Translations under genes and position numbers: made by a program
Shown: positions 58,614-64,000 of the stretch, piece after piece
How the letters are laid out: the number at the start of each line of letters is the position of its first letter
How positions within the stretch are numbered: position 1 is the stretch's first letter
Notes under the pieces: model-generated
What the model was told of the DNA's origin: nothing
Seen by the model: the letters and a program-made list of their open reading frames with translations, nothing else
Databases searched by the model: none
NCBI GenBank assembly: GCA_013298665.1
Contig: JAAFIK010000020.1
Span: forward strand, 9,635 to 73,634
Reading direction: 5' to 3'
DNA length: 64,000 nucleotides
From: Chitinophagales bacterium
GTDB lineage: Bacteria; Bacteroidota; Bacteroidia; Chitinophagales; Chitinophagaceae

Positions 58614-58799
58614 ATGTCTGATTTTGATTTAGCCGAAGTTATTGGCCTTTTGCAAAAGGCCGAAGCGCTTGACGTCAGGCTTTCCTGCGAAAAGGATGAA
58701 CTTGTGGTGAAGGTCAATCGCGAAAAAAGACCCGATGCACAATTCCTTGATGCCTTGCGAAACCATAAGGTACACCTGCTGGAATACTTCAGGCAATAT
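58614..58799 (+). other. TubC-N-like docking domain at the NRPS-4 N-terminus
   Basis: LAEVIGLLQKAEALDVRLSCEKDELVVKVNREKRPDAQFLDALRNHKVHLLEYF precedes the first C domain. Confidence 0.65.
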
Positions 58800-61700
58800 G
58801 CACAGACCAAACTCAATACCAGTGAAGTAAATATCCCCCTGCTGCAACCGGGTACGGTTGTTCCGCTTTCCTTTGCGCAGGAGCGTTTGTGGTTTATGCA
58901 CGGTATGCAGGGCGACCTGCCTTACCGGCTGCACTGGCTTTTTGAGCTGAACGGTCAACCCGATATTGCGCTGCTGGAGAATGCTTTCCGCCTGGTGATG
59001 GATCGCCACGAGGTATTGCGTACGACGATCCGGGAGAAGGGTGGTGTTGGTTTTGCACAGCTTCTTGCTGCGCAGGACTGGCAATTGCATACGGTATCCG
59101 CTGCATCCCTTGCCCGCCTGGGTTACCGCACGGGTATGGACTATATCCATCACCTGTCTGGTATTCCCTTCGACCTCACCTGCGACTATATGTTGCGGGT
59201 AACCCTTGTGGAGACGGGCCCATCGGGCTGGTTGCTGTCAGCCCTTGTTCACCATATTGCCTTTGATGGCTGGTCTATCGGGATCATGGTGCGTGAGCTT
59301 GTAGAGTGTTACAACAGCCTTATGGCCGGCCGTGCGCCTTTATTATCCCCATTACCGATCCGGTACAGCGACTATGCGGCCTGGCAGCGGGATTACCTGC
59401 AGGGTGCGGTGGCTGCTGATAAACTGGCCTACTGGTGCAACCAGCTCAGTGGGGTGTCTGCTTCAGCCCTGCCCGCCGATTATGCACGCCCTGCCCGGCA
59501 AAGCGGCCGTGGTGGCGCGGTCCGTCACCTGCTTGATCCGGCATTGCAGCAGTTGCTGCAGCAGTATGCGCGTAGTGAAGGCGTTACCCTGTTTATGCTG
59601 CTGCTGGCTGCTTTTAAAGTACTGCTGTACCGCTACAGCCGCCAGGAAGACATCTGTGTGGGTACACCGATTGCCGGCCGGCAGCAACAGGAAACAGAAG
59701 GGCTGATCGGCTTTTTCATCAATACCCTTGCCCTTCGCAGCAGGGTAGACCCGCAGCAATCTTTTGCTGTTTTTTTACAACAGGTCAAACAATGCACATT
59801 GTCTGCTTACGAGCACCAGGACCTGCCCTTTGAGAAGATCGTACAGGCGCTGGGTATCGAACGCGATCCGGGGAGGAGCCCTTTGTTCCAGGTGGTCTTT
59901 GCACTGCACAATACACCCGAGTCTGCCCCCTTACAACTGGGCAGCCTTGCCCTTCAGCCGGTAGATAGCGGTGAGATTACGGTACAGTACGACCTTGACC
60001 TTAATGCGACCGGGACGGCTGAGGGCATTGTACTGGTGATGACCTATTGCAGCGACCTGTACAAAGGTGCAACGGTTGTCCGGTTGCTGGAACATTATGA
60101 ACAATTGCTTCGTTCAGCCCTTGCAGCAAGCGATACAGAAGTGGCTGCGTTGCCATGGGTGAGTGCGGCAGAACAGCAACTGCTTGCGGCCTGGAATGAT
60201 ACCGGTGTTGCTTATCCGGTAACGGCGACGGTTACGGATCTTTTTGCCGCACAGGTGCAGCACCACCCGATGAGTACTGCACTGGTGATGGGGGAAGAGC
60301 GTATGTGTTACCGGGAGCTGGATGCGGCGGGTAACCGTTTGGCCAACTACCTTATACAGGCAGGAGTTGTTCCCGGCACTGCCATTGGTTTACTGTCGCA
60401 CCGGGGTATGGGCATGCTGGTGGGTATCTGGGGCATCCTGAAGGCTGGTGGTATCTATGTTCCGCTCAATATGGATTATCCGGCCAGCCGTCTGCAGCAT
60501 ATCGCCACCGATGCTGCTGTTCGCTTTATTGTGCATGGTGAGGATTGCGATCCTGCTGATTACGGGTTGGGTGATCATGGTGTGCTGGTGGAGGTTACCG
60601 CCGGTGAGTACTATCCCGATACGCTGCCTTTGGTGAAGACCGCTGCCGGTGATGGGGTGTATATCATGTACACTTCCGGTACCACGGGTAAGCCCAAGGG
60701 TATACTGGTTACCCATACCAATATCATCAAACTGGTGAGCGATCCCGGTGCGATCCGCATATTCCCCGATGATCATGTACTGCAATGGTCGAACTATGCC
60801 TTTGATGGTTCGGTGTACGACATTTTTGGTGCGCTGCTCAATGGGGCCTGTCTGCACCTGATTGGTGATATTGCTGCCGATGTGTATGCGCTGGGTAAGC
60901 AGATTGAAGCAGAAAAGATCAGCATCAGTTTTTTTACCACGGCACTGTTCAACAGTTTTGCTGATGCCTGTCCCGGCAGCCTTGCCGGTATGCGCCGGAT
61001 ATTGGTGGGCGGGGAGCAGTTGTCCGCCCCGCATGTGCGCAGGGTGTTTGACCTGCTTGGTCCCGGCCGTATTGTGAATGGATATGGTCCTACCGAAACA
61101 ACGGTTTTTGCCACCTGTCATGTTTTTGATGTATTGGAAGAAGGTGCTGTACCCATTGGCAAACCGCTGGGCAATACGCGTGTGTTATTGCTTGATGGGC
61201 AGGGTAATCCCGTGCCCATCGGCGTTGAGGGAGAGTTGTATATAGGCGGGGCTGGTGTTGCTGCGGGTTATGTGAACAATGAGGCGCTTAGCCTTACGAA
61301 ATTTGTCAATATAGACGGCGCGCGTTATTACCGCAGTGGCGATATTGTACGCTGGAATGATAAGGGGGAGTTGCTGTTTACGGGCAGGATGGACGGACAG
61401 GTGAAGCTTCGTGGTTACCGCATTGAATTGGGTGAGATAGAAGCGGTACTGTTGCGCAGCGGTGGTGTTCGGCAGGCTGTGGTGCTGCTGCATACCGATG
61501 AGCAGGAGAACAAACGTTTGGCGGCGTTTGTGGTAACGGACAGTAGTTATGATAGTTTTCTTACCCAGGCACTGCTTCGGGCGTCTTTACCGGAGTATAT
61601 GGTACCGGGTATATGTATGGTAGTACCGGCGCTGCCGCTGACCGGCAACGGTAAGGTAGATCACCGTGCATTGCTGTCGGGGATCCGTCCGGGTACTGTG

Positions 61701-64000
61701 GTACAGGAGCGTGCGGCACCCCGTACGGAAACGGAGAAGGCATTGGCGGTTATCTGGGAGGAGTTACTGGATATAGCGGCGGTGGGTATCCATGATGATT
61801 TTTTTGACCTTGGTGGTCACTCCCTGCTCGCTGTGCGTGTACTGTCGGCGATCCGCAGCAGTTTTGGTAAGGAGCTTGCCATCCGCGATATGTTCGATAC
61901 GCCAACGATTGCCGGTCTTGCCGCGCTGATCAGCAATGAAGATACTGCTGCAGAGGCGCGGCCATCCATCCGCCCCGGGCAGCGACCGGATAGGGTTCCG
62001 CTTTCCTTTGCGCAGGAGCGTTTGTGGTTTATGCACGGTATGCAGGGCGACCTGCCTTACCGGCTGCACTGGCTTTTTGAGCTGAACGGTCAACCCGATA
62101 TTGCGCTGCTGGAGAATGCTTTCCGCCTGGTGATGGATCGCCACGAGGTATTGCGTACGACGATCCGGGAGAAGGGTGGTGTTGGTTTTGCACAGCTTCT
62201 TGCTGCGCAGGACTGGCAATTGCATACGGTATCCGCTGCATCCCTTGCCCGCCTGGGTTACCGCACGGGTATGGACTATATCCATCACCTGTCTGGTATT
62301 CCCTTCGACCTCACCTGCGACTATATGTTGCGGGTAACCCTTGTGGAGACGGGCCCATCGGGCTGGTTGCTGTCAGCCCTTGTTCACCATATTGCCTTTG
62401 ATGGCTGGTCTATCGGGATCATGGTGCGTGAGCTTGTAGAGTGTTACAACAGCCTTATGGCCGGCCGTGCGCCTTTATTATCCCCATTACCGATCCGGTA
62501 CAGCGACTATGCGGCCTGGCAGCGGGATTACCTGCAGGGTGCGGTGGCTGCTGATAAACTGGCCTACTGGTGCAACCAGCTCAGTGGGGTGTCTGCTTCA
62601 GCCCTGCCCGCCGATTATGCACGCCCTGCCCGGCAAAGCGGCCGTGGTGGCGCGGTCCGTCACCTGCTTGATCCGGCATTGCAGCAGTTGCTGCAGCAGT
62701 ATGCGCGTAGTGAAGGCGTTACCCTGTTTATGCTGCTGCTGGCTGCTTTTAAAGTACTGCTGTACCGCTACAGCCGCCAGGAAGACATCTGTGTGGGTAC
62801 ACCGATTGCCGGCCGGCAGCAACAGGAAACAGAAGGGCTGATCGGCTTTTTCATCAATACCCTTGCCCTTCGCAGCAGGGTAGACCCGCAGCAATCTTTT
62901 GCTGTTTTTTTACAACAGGTCAAACAATGCACATTGTCTGCTTACGAGCACCAGGACCTGCCCTTTGAGAAGATCGTACAGGCGCTGGGTATCGAACGCG
63001 ATCCGGGGAGGAGCCCTTTGTTCCAGGTGGTCTTTGCACTGCACAATACACCCGAGTCTGCCCCCTTACAACTGGGCAGCCTTGCCCTTCAGCCGGTAGA
63101 TAGCGGTGAGATTACGGTACAGTACGACCTTGACCTTAATGCGACCGGGACGGCTGAGGGCATTGTACTGGTGATGACCTATTGCAGCGACCTGTACAAA
63201 GGTGCAACGGTTGTCCGGTTGCTGGAACATTATGAACAATTGCTTCGTTCAGCCCTTGCAGCAAGCGATACAGAAGTGGCTGCGTTGCCATGGGTGAGTG
63301 CGGCAGAACAGCAACTGCTTGCGGCCTGGAATGATACCGGTGTTGCTTATCCGGTAACGGCGACGGTTACGGATCTTTTTGCCGCACAGGTGCAGCACCA
63401 CCCGATGAGTACTGCACTGGTGATGGGGGAAGAGCGTATGTGTTACCGGGAGCTGGATGCGGCGGGTAACCGTTTGGCCAACTACCTTATACAGGCAGGA
63501 GTTGTTCCCGGCACTGCCATTGGTTTACTGTCGCACCGGGGTATGGGCATGCTGGTGGGTATCTGGGGCATCCTGAAGGCTGGTGGTATCTATGTTCCGC
63601 TCAATATGGATTATCCGGCCAGCCGTCTGCAGCATATCGCCACCGATGCTGCTGTTCGCTTTATTGTGCATGGTGAGGATTGCGATCCTGCTGATTACGG
63701 GTTGGGTGATCATGGTGTGCTGGTGGAGGTTACCGCCGGTGAGTACTATCCCGATACGCTGCCTTTGGTGAAGACCGCTGCCGGTGATGGGGTGTATATC
63801 ATGTACACTTCCGGTACCACGGGTAAGCCCAAGGGTATACTGGTTACCCATACCAATATCATCAAACTGGTGAGCGATCCCGGTGCGATCCGCATATTCC
63901 CCGATGATCATGTACTGCAATGGTCGAACTATGCCTTTGATGGTTCGGTGTACGACATTTTTGGTGCGCTGCTCAATGGGGCCTGTCTGCACCTGATTGG
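58614..64000 (+). CDS. NRPS-4 (3' partial): dock-C-A-T-C-A...
   Basis: Absent from the ORF track because no stop occurs before the window end. ATG at 58614 opens MSDFDLAEVIGLLQKAEALDVRLSCEKDELVVKVNREKRPDAQFLDALRNHKVHLLEYF..., followed by LSFAQERLWF, HHIAFDGWS, MYTSGTTGKPKG, GNGKVDHRAL and FFDLGGHSLLAVRV, then the same C-A sequence again. The frame is open to base 64000. Confidence 0.9.
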   Translation, partial: MSDFDLAEVIGLLQKAEALDVRLSCEKDELVVKVNREKRPDAQFLDALRNHKVHLLEYFRQYAQTKLNTSEVNIPLLQPGTVVPLSFAQERLWFMHGMQGDLPYRLHWLFELNGQPDIALLENAFRLVMDRHEVLRTTIREKGGVGFAQLLAAQDWQLHTVSAASLARLGYRTGMDYIHHLSGIPFDLTCDYMLRVTLVETGPSGWLLSALVHHIAFDGWSIGIMVRELVECYNSLMAGRAPLLSPLPIRYSDYAAWQRDYLQGAVAADKLAYWCNQLSGVSASALPADYARPARQSGRGGAVRHLLDPALQQLLQQYARSEGVTLFMLLLAAFKVLLYRYSRQEDICVGTPIAGRQQQETEGLIGFFINTLALRSRVDPQQSFAVFLQQVKQCTLSAYEHQDLPFEKIVQALGIERDPGRSPLFQVVFALHNTPESAPLQLGSLALQPVDSGEITVQYDLDLNATGTAEGIVLVMTYCSDLYKGATVVRLLEHYEQLLRSALAASDTEVAALPWVSAAEQQLLAAWNDTGVAYPVTATVTDLFAAQVQHHPMSTALVMGEERMCYRELDAAGNRLANYLIQAGVVPGTAIGLLSHRGMGMLVGIWGILKAGGIYVPLNMDYPASRLQHIATDAAVRFIVHGEDCDPADYGLGDHGVLVEVTAGEYYPDTLPLVKTAAGDGVYIMYTSGTTGKPKGILVTHTNIIKLVSDPGAIRIFPDDHVLQWSNYAFDGSVYDIFGALLNGACLHLIGDIAADVYALGKQIEAEKISISFFTTALFNSFADACPGSLAGMRRILVGGEQLSAPHVRRVFDLLGPGRIVNGYGPTETTVFATCHVFDVLEEGAVPIGKPLGNTRVLLLDGQGNPVPIGVEGELYIGGAGVAAGYVNNEALSLTKFVNIDGARYYRSGDIVRWNDKGELLFTGRMDGQVKLRGYRIELGEIEAVLLRSGGVRQAVVLLHTDEQENKRLAAFVVTDSSYDSFLTQALLRASLPEYMVPGICMVVPALPLTGNGKVDHRALLSGIRPGTVVQERAAPRTETEKALAVIWEELLDIAAVGIHDDFFDLGGHSLLAVRVLSAIRSSFGKELAIRDMFDTPTIAGLAALISNEDTAAEARPSIRPGQRPDRVPLSFAQERLWFMHGMQGDLPYRLHWLFELNGQPDIALLENAFRLVMDRHEVLRTTIREKGGVGFAQLLAAQDWQLHTVSAASLARLGYRTGMDYIHHLSGIPFDLTCDYMLRVTLVETGPSGWLLSALVHHIAFDGWSIGIMVRELVECYNSLMAGRAPLLSPLPIRYSDYAAWQRDYLQGAVAADKLAYWCNQLSGVSASALPADYARPARQSGRGGAVRHLLDPALQQLLQQYARSEGVTLFMLLLAAFKVLLYRYSRQEDICVGTPIAGRQQQETEGLIGFFINTLALRSRVDPQQSFAVFLQQVKQCTLSAYEHQDLPFEKIVQALGIERDPGRSPLFQVVFALHNTPESAPLQLGSLALQPVDSGEITVQYDLDLNATGTAEGIVLVMTYCSDLYKGATVVRLLEHYEQLLRSALAASDTEVAALPWVSAAEQQLLAAWNDTGVAYPVTATVTDLFAAQVQHHPMSTALVMGEERMCYRELDAAGNRLANYLIQAGVVPGTAIGLLSHRGMGMLVGIWGILKAGGIYVPLNMDYPASRLQHIATDAAVRFIVHGEDCDPADYGLGDHGVLVEVTAGEYYPDTLPLVKTAAGDGVYIMYTSGTTGKPKGILVTHTNIIKLVSDPGAIRIFPDDHVLQWSNYAFDGSVYDIFGALLNGACLHLI
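58860..61994 (+). repeat. Tandem module duplication, copy 1 (complete C-A-T module, 3135 bp = 1045 codons)
   Basis: Sequence from 58860 onward is reproduced from 61995 onward at a constant offset of 3135 bp. I saw no mismatch in the lines compared. Shadow ORFs are amino-acid identical (58894..59106 = 62029..62241, 59332..59706 = 62467..62841, 59463..59759 = 62598..62894, 59764..59964 = 62899..63099). Confidence 0.9.
61995..64000 (+). repeat. Tandem module duplication, copy 2 (truncated by the window end)
   Basis: Matches 58860..60865. The left breakpoint falls at the T-C linker, immediately before VPLSFAQERLWF. Confidence 0.9.

Noticed and set aside
15478-64000. Dozens of 60-390-aa ORFs on the minus strand and in alternative plus frames inside the NRPS genes (for example 55470..56639, 53172..54107 and 39775..40641).
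   Set aside because: They lie wholly inside long, motif-validated NRPS reading frames and have no recognisable motifs. They duplicate exactly wherever the NRPS DNA is duplicated. These are shadow ORFs of a codon-biased coding strand.
1-64000. Search for mobile-element genes, tRNA/rRNA genes, or integrase/transposase remnants that could mark the NRPS locus as an island.
   Set aside because: No ORF with transposase, integrase or recombinase motifs was recognised. No tRNA-like cloverleaf or rRNA segment was recognised. The only boundary-like signal is the repeat-rich region at 13.4-14.0 kb.

Overview
The window reads as a Bacteroidota-type chromosome segment in two parts. The taxon is inferred from T9SS sorting domains, a PorP/SprF gene and lipoprotein signals; no search was possible.

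**Left part (1-14.7 kb): secretion and protease neighbourhood**
- A 5'-truncated giant PKD-repeat surface protein with a type-B T9SS C-terminal domain, followed by its PorP/SprF partner.
- A BlaI/BlaR1-like repressor plus M56 sensor pair.
- Two paralogous M57 (HExxH) lipoprotein metalloproteases. One carries a natural HQIGH active site.
- An S8 subtilase with a type-A T9SS C-terminal domain.
- A repeat-rich intergenic region.
- An orphan LuxR-type response regulator.

**Right part (15.5 kb to the window end): a lipopeptide NRPS gene cluster of at least 48.5 kb, cut off at the right edge**
- NRPS-1: FAAL-ACP-Cstarter-A-T-C-A-T.
- A SyrD-like cyclic-peptide ABC exporter.
- A CmlA-like diiron (MBL-fold) beta-hydroxylase.
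- NRPS-2: dock-C-A-T-C-A(MT)-T-C-A-T-E-C-A-A-T-E.
- NRPS-3: A-T-E-dock-C-A-T-C-A-T-C-A-T.
- NRPS-4: dock-C-A-T-C-A..., 3' partial.
- No thioesterase domain is present in the window.

**Most unusual points**
- The module grammar is non-canonical around the NRPS-2/NRPS-3 boundary. There is a T-less Val-coded A domain fused directly to a Gly-coded A-T-E unit. This is followed by a C-less A-T-E at the start of NRPS-3 and a docking domain buried inside that protein.
- There is evidence of very recent intragenic recombination. One is an apparently perfect in-frame 3135-bp tandem duplication of a whole C-A-T module. The other is a 1.44-kb near-identical E-domain repeat with a conversion-like identity gradient.

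All domain boundaries and A-domain specificity codes were derived by hand from motifs and need HMM confirmation.
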